Shown here piece after piece: positions 18,764-27,508 of a stretch of 43,251 nt of DNA. This DNA comes from Candidatus Bathyarchaeia archaeon (GTDB lineage Archaea; Thermoproteota; Bathyarchaeia; Bathyarchaeales; Bathycorpusculaceae). How positions within the stretch are numbered: the first letter of the stretch is position 1; each line of letters opens with the position of its first letter. Location of the stretch: the NCBI GenBank assembly GCA_038883795.1, contig JAVZLK010000010.1:1-43251 (forward strand). The letters are read 5' to 3'. The translations under genes and the position numbers were made by a program. The notes under the pieces were generated by a model that saw only the letters and a list, made by a program, of their open reading frames with translations, did not search any database and was not told the origin of the DNA.

Positions 18764-19834
18764 CTAAAAGATTCGTTTAACTTTACGCTTTGCATATTCA
18801 AAAGCCTTTAAGGCTATCGAGTTTCGTGTGTAACGTTCTTTAATGTAGCTTTCAAGCCGTCGTTCAGCAATAGCAAATTGAATCTGCTTTAACTCGTGCC
18901 ATAAAACCCAAAGGTTATGAAGAGAGATTAAAGACCTGTTCTTTCTAATTTCCTCTATAGTTTTCGAACTACAAATTGTACACGCGCAGGGGAGTGCATC
19001 GAGCTTAGCTATGTATTTCATTGACACATAAGTATAGTTTGGGACAAAGTATTGTCGTTTTCCGCCACAAATTATGAAAGAAGTAGAGTCAAAAGAATCT
19101 GCTCCTAAATATATTAGTAGAGGTGTTGATAGAATTCCCCCCAGTCCATAAACATGTAAGGGTTTTTCAGGCACTGCTTGCCGAGCAGAAAAAATTAAGT
19201 CAACAAGAAGTCGAAGATTGCTGCGGATAGGTATCATGCTTCCCACAGCAAAGCCATCAAAAATTGAGTATTTTGCTAAATGTTTCAAAACATTACTAAT
19301 TATCATCGGGTCATTTCCATGAACAGAAGCGTATAACAGCATTTCTTTCCGTTTTTTAAGTCTCGCAGCTTCCTTTGCGCTTTCAATGCTTCTAGCAATG
19401 CTATTCACGATGTTTCCTGCAGTATTCTTAATTACAAATGGGAAATCAAAAGTCGAGGCGATGTCAGCTCCACAAATTTCTTGTATTCGCAATATTTCCT
19501 CGGTTTTCACTGACACATGCTTTCTAAGAGTAAGAAACCCCCCACTATCAACGAAAGCTACACCAGGAAAACCAAGAAAATTATGTATACCGCCAGCAAA
19601 ACTGATTTTTTCCTTTATTTTCCTATAATTATGAAAAATATAGTATGCATTAAACATCGCAGTTTTTATGTTTGGAAAGAGTTCCCAATATTTAGGCGTA
19701 TTCCACCCTCCTTGCGCTCCAAGATTATGTACTGGAAAAATTATTGGTGTCTTTAAACATCCGTGAGGTGTTTTTAGTTCTCCTATTCTAGCTAACTGAT
19801 CTTGTTGGGCTATTCGAAACAATTTATTTTTCAC
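18764..19834 (-). CDS. tRNA-guanine transglycosylase family protein (ArcTGT-like catalytic domain only, no PUA)
   Basis: ARIGELKTPHG..KTP, DSGGF, FDFP, VHG, FAVGSMIP, LHVYG, GADSFDS, zinc site PCACTIC...LHN; 356 aa. Confidence 0.9.
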   Translation of the reverse strand: MKNKLFRIAQQDQLARIGELKTPHGCLKTPIIFPVHNLGAQGGWNTPKYWELFPNIKTAMFNAYYIFHNYRKIKEKISFAGGIHNFLGFPGVAFVDSGGFLTLRKHVSVKTEEILRIQEICGADIASTFDFPFVIKNTAGNIVNSIARSIESAKEAARLKKRKEMLLYASVHGNDPMIISNVLKHLAKYSIFDGFAVGSMIPIRSNLRLLVDLIFSARQAVPEKPLHVYGLGGILSTPLLIYLGADSFDSTSFIICGGKRQYFVPNYTYVSMKYIAKLDALPCACTICSSKTIEEIRKNRSLISLHNLWVLWHELKQIQFAIAERRLESYIKERYTRNSIALKAFEYAKRKVKRIF

Positions 19835-19872
19835 ACCTTTTTAATCTCACAATGTTGGTGAGCGCTTATATG

Positions 19873-19894
19873 CCTTACTTTCCTTACTTTCCTT
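19873..19894. repeat. tandem direct repeat (CCTTACTTT)x2+ between divergent TATA boxes
   Basis: CCTTACTTT CCTTACTTT CCTT lies between CTTATAT (~19865) and CTTATAAAG (~19902). Confidence 0.55.
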
Positions 19895-19945
19895 GTGCAA
19901 GCTTATAAAGATTTCGCGACATTCTTACCATTAAGGTGAAGCAAC

Positions 19946-20098
19946 TTGTCCAGAATCTTAGGTTCTAGTAAAGTAACAGCCAAATTTCAGGTTACTATTC
20001 CAGAGGAAGTTAGAAAATTCTTGGGAATCAAAGTAGGGGATGTGATAGCTTTCGTTAAAGAAAAAAATGACAAAATTTATATTACTACAGAAATTTGA
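19946..20098 (+). CDS. AbrB/MazE/SpoVT-family DNA-binding protein (50 aa; missing from the ORF track)
   Basis: Hand translation MSRILGSSKVTAKFQVTIPEEVRKFLGIKVGDVIAFVKEKNDKIYITTEI; AGGTGA ribosome-binding site upstream of TTG. Confidence 0.9.
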   Translation: MSRILGSSKVTAKFQVTIPEEVRKFLGIKVGDVIAFVKEKNDKIYITTEI

Positions 20099-20206
20099 TT
20101 TTGAAAGGATTATTTCCAAGAGTAAAAATAAAGCCTTTAATTTCTTTCTTTTCTTCATGGCATATTCAATTTCATCGGGCGTGGCTTGAACGAGAAAATG
20201 CCTAGT

Positions 20207-20866
20207 TTAAAAATATTTAGGTATTGTTTTTATAAGAACAAGAATTAATAAAGAGCCCCCAAGAGTTCCTATGATTCTTTCGTATATCATTAGAGGCAAA
20301 ATTCCTGGAAAAACTTGCCATGGAAGGCCAAGCAGATGTACCGCGAATATCATCATCACTCCTTGCTCCGTCATTGTTGATATATATGTGTACATTGGTA
20401 TCTTCATGTGTAATGGTGTCATTTTCTTAACCGCGCTAACTACTGCAAGAATTACAGCAATTGAATGTGGCACTATAAAGTATGGAAATAGATAATTTTT
20501 AATCAGGTAAGCTGATATGGCGAATACAAGAAATAGCGAGGTTGCTGATGCGCCTAATTTTGACTTATGATAGGTTAGGCTTCCGAAGGTTGCCCCAACC
20601 ATCGGTAGTAGTATTGTGTAAGGTCCAAACATGGCTTGCATAGGTGCAACATAAAAGGCTATTACTCCTCCAAACAAAGAGGCAAATAAAGCTTCAACTG
20701 GCGATAAAAGGATTGCCATAACGGGCGTTATGATTAAGTTCAGCGCAAGAAAACTTGGTGCCCCAATAAACATGCTTATGGGTATAAGGCTCGTTACAAC
20801 ATAAAGAGCCGCAAACACTCCGATTTTCGCTGTTCTCACAGCTTTAGCGTTAAGAATGTCGTTCAA
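20207..20866 (-). CDS. ECF-transporter S-component-like membrane protein
   Basis: About 6-7 hydrophobic helices, N-terminal VFAALYVV (AxxxA-type helix), GP/SP..A..A...GG pattern typical of S components. Confidence 0.65.
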   Translation of the reverse strand: MNDILNAKAVRTAKIGVFAALYVVTSLIPISMFIGAPSFLALNLIITPVMAILLSPVEALFASLFGGVIAFYVAPMQAMFGPYTILLPMVGATFGSLTYHKSKLGASATSLFLVFAISAYLIKNYLFPYFIVPHSIAVILAVVSAVKKMTPLHMKIPMYTYISTMTEQGVMMIFAVHLLGLPWQVFPGILPLMIYERIIGTLGGSLLILVLIKTIPKYF

Positions 20867-21204
20867 CTTTTCTTCACCCTGCCCCCTAACAAGTCCTCAT
20901 AAACTCTTCTCATGTGAAAAACAGCTACAGCCGTATCATCGTCTAAACCGCATCGGCAGGTTCCGCATTTAGGACATTTAAGCCAACCACATTTAGCGCA
21001 AAGCTCTGCATCAGCATAAAACTTCTCACCGCACTTGAAACAGTAAATCCAAGGCTTAACAAAGAATTCAAGAAAGTTCTCGATAACCCCAGAAAGGGGT
21101 ATATGTTTAGCATCGCATGATTTCTTAGCGTCATCTAAAATGTTCTTATCTAATGTTATTGTCTGTCTAACTTTAGAAGGGGTCCGGATTTTATACTTAT
21201 TCAT
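20863..21204 (-). CDS. ribbon-helix-helix regulator with C-terminal Cys-rich zinc ribbons
   Basis: RQTITLDKNILDDAKK...LSGVIENFL (RHH) followed by CFKC, CAKC, CPKC, CRC. Confidence 0.75.
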   Translation of the reverse strand: MNKYKIRTPSKVRQTITLDKNILDDAKKSCDAKHIPLSGVIENFLEFFVKPWIYCFKCGEKFYADAELCAKCGWLKCPKCGTCRCGLDDDTAVAVFHMRRVYEDLLGGRVKKS

Positions 21205-21213
21205 GCATACAAG

Positions 21214-21225
21214 TATTAATTAATA
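21214..21225. promoter_or_regulatory. perfect palindrome, candidate operator of the RHH gene
   Basis: TATTAATTAATA lies between the TATA-like box and the ATG of 20863-21204. Confidence 0.4.
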
Positions 21226-21247
21226 TGTATTTAAAACTTTCGCAATA

Positions 21248-22174
21248 TTATGGATAGGATAATTGAAAAGGTTTTGATTTCCAAGATGGACAACTCCAAC
21301 GCAGGTCACAAATTACGCAAGTATCCATTATCTCTTTTGCTTTTCTCGGGCTTGGAGGATCCCATTTTCCAAGTTCCTTACTTTTTATGATTTGTTTTGC
21401 TATTTTATCAAATTCCTTAAGTGCCTTATTGATTTCTTTAGGGGATATTTTAATTTCAAGAATAGCTGTAGACGGCCTGACATTGGTTGAATTTGTCAAC
21501 TCGTTCAGAAAGTAGATTTTGGCAGCTTTTGGTAAACAACCATTCTTAATTTTGAAAAGTGCGGAATATACCAACATTTGGTACGCATAATACTGCAGCT
21601 CACTGCCACCTTTTCTTGGTCTTCTCTGCCCCTTGTAATCCCAAATTTCCCATTCCGAGGGGTCATTGGGAGGATTATTAGGGTCGGTTCCCGGGCCTAT
21701 TAACACATCAACTACTCCCTCCATAATATAGCCTCTCCTTATGCCTCTAACTCTGTGCTCCGTATCAATGACAAGGGGATATAGACATCGACCTTCAATA
21801 TTATTAAAACGCTTCAATACCTCAAGAGCTTGATCCCGTAAATGTTTATTAATTGCTCTAATTCCGCGAGTTTTCAGCGAACTTTCAACTTCGATGAAAT
21901 ATCTTTCTATTTCTTTATCCGTAGGTATTTTACCTTTAGTCTTCGGATCCTCAAATCCTTTGTAGTGATGGTGCGCTCGATCTAATACTTCATGAATTAT
22001 CGTCCCATAGAATATTTGGATGGTGTGTGCTGGAACAAATCCTTTTTCAACAAAGTAACCATATTGTCTCGGACACCTTTGGTATCCAATAATGTCAGCG
22101 GTCAAACTAAAACTAGGAAGCATTTTAACCTCTGGTTTAGATGCAATTTTCATTGGCAAAAATTCTTTGAGCAT
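21248..22174 (-). CDS. RecB/Cas4-like PD-(D/E)xK nuclease with 4-Cys Fe-S staple
   Basis: YQRCPRQY, GTIIH, GVVDV, WDYKG, QMLVY, CVICDLRWSC. Confidence 0.85.
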   Translation of the reverse strand: MLKEFLPMKIASKPEVKMLPSFSLTADIIGYQRCPRQYGYFVEKGFVPAHTIQIFYGTIIHEVLDRAHHHYKGFEDPKTKGKIPTDKEIERYFIEVESSLKTRGIRAINKHLRDQALEVLKRFNNIEGRCLYPLVIDTEHRVRGIRRGYIMEGVVDVLIGPGTDPNNPPNDPSEWEIWDYKGQRRPRKGGSELQYYAYQMLVYSALFKIKNGCLPKAAKIYFLNELTNSTNVRPSTAILEIKISPKEINKALKEFDKIAKQIIKSKELGKWDPPSPRKAKEIMDTCVICDLRWSCPSWKSKPFQLSYP

Positions 22175-24486
22175 TCGTTAAACTCTCCACATAGTAACTG
22201 ATTTTTTAGCCACTTAAGATTGCGACCTCCTAATCCAATAATTTTGCCATGTTCTTCTCCAGGGTTTAACTCGTTTGATTTTAACAATAAAAATAATGCG
22301 TACTGCGCACGGGAGTATGCCACATAATAGAATCGAATCTTATCTTCCTTCGCCCTTTGATTTAAGGGCGACAAGAGAATACAAGATTTGCGGAATTGCC
22401 TTATTTCATCTTCAATGATGTGCTCAGCGCAAGGTTCAGCTTTCTCATCGATCTTTGCCACAAATACTATAGGAAATTCAAGTCCTTTAGCCTGATGGAC
22501 TGTCATAAAAGGGACATGACCTTTCGGGCACATTATTTCCTCTTCTTCAGGATCGCTTATTCCCTGCTGCACAAGCAGAGTGACCAATGCATTATACAGT
22601 TGAGATAGCCATAGTGAGTCAATTTTTCCGTCTCCTGTCTTATCAATACGAAGTAAGCCTCGGTCTAGTCCAGGACTACCGGGTATAGGTGTTGAAGTGT
22701 ACGCTTCAATTATAGAGGTAAGGTAACCGATTCTAAGTGCGCGTTCCGGATCTTGACACCAGTGAATGAAGGGTTCATGATTAATTATATGATAAAAAAT
22801 ATCTGGAAGACGCGAAGGTAAATATCCTCCATGTTTGGTTTTCGCTATACAATACGCTGCTTTTTTTACGTAATCTTGCAATTTTTTATATTTGCATATT
22901 TCATTAGAGTAAAATTCGCGCCATTTTTCACATGTTTTCTTAACCCATCCTGGTGTCATGGGGTATTCTTTTCTCTCATCTAATATTGCCAACAATGCGC
23001 CCAAAGCAAGTTTTATTTCTTCTTGTTCTAAAAATTTCCTAGCTCGAGGGTTATAGATAGAAATACCTTTTTCTCTTAACGCCTCAGCGTAAGGTTTAGT
23101 CCATCTGCTTGTTTCTCTAGTGCTATGAATTAGTAAAACGCAGTTAGAATAGTCCCGAATGATCCTTTTATTATAGAAGTATTCAATTAGGTTTGCAACA
23201 GCTTCTGCGAGTTTATTTTCAGAACCTGATATTATCAAAGTTACTGCAGGCCAATTGCCCTTTATTCCGGATTTCGCGATAAGTTGTGGTTTTCTAGCGA
23301 CACGTGCTCCTGGCTGTTTCATTAGTTTAAAGGAGTTGATATAACTATTACACCAAGCCACTATTTTTGGGTGGGATCTGTAATTTTCAACTAAACTTAT
23401 CTTCTTAGGCCTTACGCCATAATGCTTCTTGCACATTTTATCAAAAGTTATCATTGATTCTACGGTGCCGCCTCTAAAACGATAAAGAGCCTGATCATCG
23501 TCTCCCACAACTACAAGATTATGGGGTTCTCTTGAAGCAAGTTGAAAATATATCTCTGCCTGAATAGGATTTGTATCTTGATACTCGTCGACAAAAACGT
23601 GCAGTATGCCTGGATCATTGGGTTTCGCTCCGCCTTTAATAAAAAGTTTTCCACGAGGAGTAGACAGAAACTCTAACAATTTTGATTGCATATGGGCGAA
23701 ATCAACACGAGAATACTCTTTTAATGCCTTTTCATATTCAAGAAACTCACGAGCTAATGTCTTCCAAATTCCTCCTTTTGATATCATTAAATTTATATCA
23801 AGCCTAAATTCGACGATTCTGTTAAACAATGACTGCGCAACTCTAGCACGAGACCACCTGTTCGGTATTCCGCCAGACTTAACTACCTTTAGCGAAATAG
23901 GATCGAGCATATAATCAAAATATTTAAACATCTTCTTGTGCTGAGAAGCTAACTTACTCGTAGGTCCAGCGATTCTGGAGTGGAAGTAAATAAACAGAAG
24001 CTGCTCCATATCATCCATGGGTCTGCAATTGCGGTATCCTGGAAAGCGATACTCTAAGAGAATATCATTACATAAACTATGAAGTGTACCGACCCTTAAC
24101 TGAGTCAAATCAACATCCTTTGCTGAAGGAAATCTTTTAGCAATCCATTCCTTATAAAGTATTAAGCGATATTGCAGGTTTCGCCCTGCCTTCTCCGTAA
24201 ACGTAGTAACAATGATTCCTCGAGGGTCGACACGATCTATAAGAAGAAGTTTTAAGCAACGCAAAACGAGAACCTCAGTTTTACCAGAACCCGGTCCAGC
24301 AATTATCCATAAAGGCCCCTCATTATGATTAACAACTTTCATTTGTGCTTCACTTACCTTAATATTTCGTCCCGGGAGATTTTCCAAGGATTTCAACATG
24401 TTTTTGACGGATAACGAGGATTGAGGCAAAACATCATCCCTATAGAAAATAACTACTTCTTTCGAAATCTTATAAAATTTTACCAT
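22150..24486 (-). CDS. UvrD/PcrA-family SF1 helicase
   Basis: AGPGSGKT, TFTEKA, GTLHS, VDEYQDTN, VGDDDQALYRFRG, NYRS, MTVHQAKGLEFPIV, YVAYSRA. Confidence 0.95.
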   Translation of the reverse strand: MVKFYKISKEVVIFYRDDVLPQSSLSVKNMLKSLENLPGRNIKVSEAQMKVVNHNEGPLWIIAGPGSGKTEVLVLRCLKLLLIDRVDPRGIIVTTFTEKAGRNLQYRLILYKEWIAKRFPSAKDVDLTQLRVGTLHSLCNDILLEYRFPGYRNCRPMDDMEQLLFIYFHSRIAGPTSKLASQHKKMFKYFDYMLDPISLKVVKSGGIPNRWSRARVAQSLFNRIVEFRLDINLMISKGGIWKTLAREFLEYEKALKEYSRVDFAHMQSKLLEFLSTPRGKLFIKGGAKPNDPGILHVFVDEYQDTNPIQAEIYFQLASREPHNLVVVGDDDQALYRFRGGTVESMITFDKMCKKHYGVRPKKISLVENYRSHPKIVAWCNSYINSFKLMKQPGARVARKPQLIAKSGIKGNWPAVTLIISGSENKLAEAVANLIEYFYNKRIIRDYSNCVLLIHSTRETSRWTKPYAEALREKGISIYNPRARKFLEQEEIKLALGALLAILDERKEYPMTPGWVKKTCEKWREFYSNEICKYKKLQDYVKKAAYCIAKTKHGGYLPSRLPDIFYHIINHEPFIHWCQDPERALRIGYLTSIIEAYTSTPIPGSPGLDRGLLRIDKTGDGKIDSLWLSQLYNALVTLLVQQGISDPEEEEIMCPKGHVPFMTVHQAKGLEFPIVFVAKIDEKAEPCAEHIIEDEIRQFRKSCILLSPLNQRAKEDKIRFYYVAYSRAQYALFLLLKSNELNPGEEHGKIIGLGGRNLKWLKNQLLCGEFNECSKNFCQ

Positions 24487-24487
24487 G

Positions 24488-24532
24488 TAAGGCTTTCAGC
24501 TTAGCAGAACATTCTGCCTACTGAAAGCCTTA
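24488..24532. repeat. 45-bp imperfect inverted repeat
   Basis: Perfect 12-bp outer arms TAAGGCTTTCAG/CTGAAAGCCTTA and perfect 6-bp inner arms GCAGAA/TTCTGC around a central CA. Confidence 0.85.
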
Positions 24533-24576
24533 ATTTTTAGCGCAAGCGAAAGTCAACCTCAGTTTTTGTGTGTGCA

Positions 24577-24780
24577 TTATTTTTTAATTGTAGTATACAT
24601 TTTTGCTCTGCCAATTTTTCTTGAAATTCGTACTTTTCCTTCTTTTTCTAATCCCCATATGTACTTTGAAACGGTATTTCGATGCACCCCGATCTTTGCA
24701 GCTATCTCTTCAATTGATAAGTCTTTAGGGTATTCCATCTCTAGGCATTTTAGGATTTTCTGTTCAATGTCTCGAAACAT
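24577..24780 (-). CDS. small winged-helix transcriptional regulator
   Basis: LSIEEIAAKIGVHRNTVSKYIWGLEKEG; start set at ATG 24780 (MFRDIEQ). Confidence 0.85.
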   Translation of the reverse strand: MFRDIEQKILKCLEMEYPKDLSIEEIAAKIGVHRNTVSKYIWGLEKEGKVRISRKIGRAKMYTTIKK

Positions 24781-24863
24781 CGATGCCACTATGAGCAATA
24801 TTGTTGAAAAAGGTTTAAATATTTCACTGTTCATTAATATTGTTCATAAATAAACAACATTAA

Positions 24864-25676
24864 TTGAGGCTTACGTTGAACATGACTTCCTCTCTAAACG
24901 AAATAAAATCAATTTCCTTAGCATTAACCAATAGCAATTTTGAGGAAAACAAAATATTACTTGACAACATTTGTTCGGAAATAGCATCACGCTTCAATTT
25001 GTACCAATCAAACGGAAAACCACACAAAAGCACAATCATCGAGACTCTCGCAAAATCCACGTGCCTCGCATGTGTAGCTAAATGGTTCTCCGACCACGTA
25101 AACAATAAAGTGGACACCATATACAAAGAGTGCCACAAATTAGCAGTTAATGTTCTAGTAGAAGAACTTTACCATTTCCTTAATCAATTAGGCTATAAAG
25201 TTGTGATTTCAACAGAGGAAGAGTTAGAGTATGGCAAGGCCGATATCTTAATCGAAGTAACCAATTATGGTTTAAACCTAAAAAGTAAGGCTAAAGAACT
25301 TCTAATTGAAGTTAAAACTGGAGATTCTTTATCGCTTATCCAGATTTTCAGATATCTCTGGGATTCTAGAAGCAACGCAATAGTAGTCTGGAGAGTGAGA
25401 AAACGTCAAGTATTAACATTCGACCCTCAAAAAATTGAGCCTCTTCTTACAGAATCCATGCGAATGATTTGCTTGAGAGGCATCAGGCTATTATCATCAC
25501 CACAGATACACTCCTGCCAACATCTCGCAAGGGCAACTCATCAACCAGCTGCTACAGAACTCGAACTAATGTTTCAAGACTTCGCAAAGGCAATAATTGA
25601 AACTTTACCATCAGTTTTGCAAAGGGTTCTTGAACAATTAGCTATAAACAAAACCGGGGTAGTTGGACAAACGTGA
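24864..25676 (+). CDS. PD-(D/E)xK-fold protein
   Basis: YGKADILI...LIEVKTG...QIFRY nuclease-like motifs; 4-nt overlap with the recombinase gene. Confidence 0.6.
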   Translation: MRLTLNMTSSLNEIKSISLALTNSNFEENKILLDNICSEIASRFNLYQSNGKPHKSTIIETLAKSTCLACVAKWFSDHVNNKVDTIYKECHKLAVNVLVEELYHFLNQLGYKVVISTEEELEYGKADILIEVTNYGLNLKSKAKELLIEVKTGDSLSLIQIFRYLWDSRSNAIVVWRVRKRQVLTFDPQKIEPLLTESMRMICLRGIRLLSSPQIHSCQHLARATHQPAATELELMFQDFAKAIIETLPSVLQRVLEQLAINKTGVVGQT

Positions 25677-26647
25677 AAGATGAAAAAAGCAACAGGAATC
25701 AACCTTTATTTGCGGCAATATACGCACGTACATCCTCTCCAAATCAAAAAAATAACTACAGCGTAAAAGAGCAGGTTAGTAGTTGCTTGGAGTTTTGCAC
25801 AAAGAGAGGATGGATTGTGAGGTATATTTTCGTTGATGAAGGTGAGAGTGGAAAAACGGTAGAAAGACCGAAATTTCAGCAGATGCTTGAAAAGGCTAAG
25901 GAAGGAGCGTTTAAGGTAATTGTTTTTTGGAAACTTGATAGATTTTGCCGGTCACTGGTAGACCTGGTAAACATAGAAAAAATGTTGCGCACTTGGAATA
26001 TAGGTCTATGCAGCGTAACAGAATTCATCGACACGACTACCTCTGTTGGGCGGTTTAACTTCAGAAACTTAGCATCAGTTGCTGAACTTGAACGGGAACT
26101 TATTGGCGAAAGGGCAAAATTGGGATTGTACGCTCTTGTTAAAGAGCACAAGTGGCCTAATCCGCATCCCCCTATAGGATATGATAAGAGTGAGAGTGGA
26201 CATCTAGTAGTTAATGTAACAGAGGCTAAACTTGTTAATAGGATATTTTTTATGTACAAACGGCTAAAATCAATGCCGCAAGTGGCTTTCGAACTCAATA
26301 AGGAAGGCATTAGAACAAAGAAAGGAAAAGAGTGGAACGCCCGGGCTGTCAAAGATGTAATCACAAATGAGTTGTATATAGGGAAGTTCAATGTATCTGG
26401 AGTTAAGGACTATGTGCCGGAATACCATATCGTTGAGGAAAAGGTCTTTAGAAGCGTCAATAAGATTAGGCTCAGATATCGCAATGGTCATGCTAAGAGA
26501 CCGCCAATGCCTAAGGATAGAAGAAAATCCAAAATCGCTAAAATTTTTGATCGATATATGAAATTTATTGAGAAACATGAGGCTTATTCTAGTAAAAGTA
26601 TACGCGAAAGGGAACAAACCAATGGTTTTCAAAACATCCACTTCTAA
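25673..26647 (+). CDS. serine recombinase (resolvase + recombinase domain)
   Basis: YARTSS catalytic serine, GESG, RPKFQQM, KLDRFCR, ERELIGER, PPIGY, NELYIG. Confidence 0.93.
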   Translation: MKDEKSNRNQPLFAAIYARTSSPNQKNNYSVKEQVSSCLEFCTKRGWIVRYIFVDEGESGKTVERPKFQQMLEKAKEGAFKVIVFWKLDRFCRSLVDLVNIEKMLRTWNIGLCSVTEFIDTTTSVGRFNFRNLASVAELERELIGERAKLGLYALVKEHKWPNPHPPIGYDKSESGHLVVNVTEAKLVNRIFFMYKRLKSMPQVAFELNKEGIRTKKGKEWNARAVKDVITNELYIGKFNVSGVKDYVPEYHIVEEKVFRSVNKIRLRYRNGHAKRPPMPKDRRKSKIAKIFDRYMKFIEKHEAYSSKSIREREQTNGFQNIHF

Positions 26648-27476
26648 GACGGTTACTCAATGTTTTGAATGCGGAAGTACAGAATTGATTGAATATGGAG
26701 AGATGACAGTATGTCAAAACTGCGGTTTAGTTTTAACTTCACAAATCACTCAACAAGTCATAGAAATGCCTCCAAAATTTGCATTTTCAAAAAAGGGTGT
26801 TCGCTCAAGTTTATTTCAAACTTATGATGGCAAGCTTATAGAAGATAGGGCAACTTTCAAGAAATGGCAAAAGCTATTTCAAGTGTCTGATGCTACGGAG
26901 AAGAATTTGGCATCAGCCCTTTTTGAGATAACAAAAATTGGCAACAAAATTGATATTTCAAATGAAATTCTTATGGCAGCTGCAAGCATATACAAAAAAG
27001 CTGTTGAGAAGAGGCTTACTAAACGAAGATCGATACGAGCACTTAGTGCCGCTATTGTTTATATGGCATGCAGACAATGTGGTATTCCAAGAACCTTGAA
27101 GGAAGTGGCTTATGCCGCTGGATTGCATTCGATGGAAATTATGCGTAGCTACAGGGTTCTTTTGAGGAGACTAAAATTTCCAACTCATTCTTTTGATGTC
27201 AGTCAATTTGTACATAGACTTGCAGATCAGCTTTCGATGCACGAAACGACCAAAGAGATTGTAGATAAGATTGTAGAGAGCGCAGAAAGTTCCCGCTTTT
27301 CTCAAGGGAAAAACCCAATTGGATTAGTTGCGGCAGCATGCTACATAGCGTCTATACTTGCAGGAGAAGCGAAGACTCAGAGAGAGATAGCCGAAATAGC
27401 CCGTATAACCGAGGCGACGATACGAAACCAATGTAAAGAGCTAACTAAAAACCTTATTTTTACGATTTCTTTGTAA
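26622..27476 (+). CDS. tfb: transcription initiation factor IIB (TFB) homologue
   Basis: Zn ribbon CFECGS...CQNCGLV, EKNL..A, YMACRQCGIPRTLKEVA, GKNPIGLVAAACY, TQREIA...TEATIRN; start ATG 26622. Confidence 0.92.
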   Translation: MVFKTSTSKTVTQCFECGSTELIEYGEMTVCQNCGLVLTSQITQQVIEMPPKFAFSKKGVRSSLFQTYDGKLIEDRATFKKWQKLFQVSDATEKNLASALFEITKIGNKIDISNEILMAAASIYKKAVEKRLTKRRSIRALSAAIVYMACRQCGIPRTLKEVAYAAGLHSMEIMRSYRVLLRRLKFPTHSFDVSQFVHRLADQLSMHETTKEIVDKIVESAESSRFSQGKNPIGLVAAACYIASILAGEAKTQREIAEIARITEATIRNQCKELTKNLIFTISL

Positions 27477-27508
27477 ACAAAAAATGTACAGCAGGAAAGA
27501 TATCTAAG

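Noticed and set aside
18764-19834. Calling this the housekeeping archaeosine tgtA
   Set aside because: It lacks the C-terminal domains and lies in a mobile element within the dpdA operon; no gene symbol assigned.
829-19834. Calling the cluster canonical BREX or canonical Dpd
   Set aside because: No PglZ, PglX or BrxL, and no recognisable DpdB or Dpd helicases by motif reading.
21248-22174. cas4 of a CRISPR-Cas locus
   Set aside because: No cas1/cas2 and no repeat-spacer array seen anywhere in the window.
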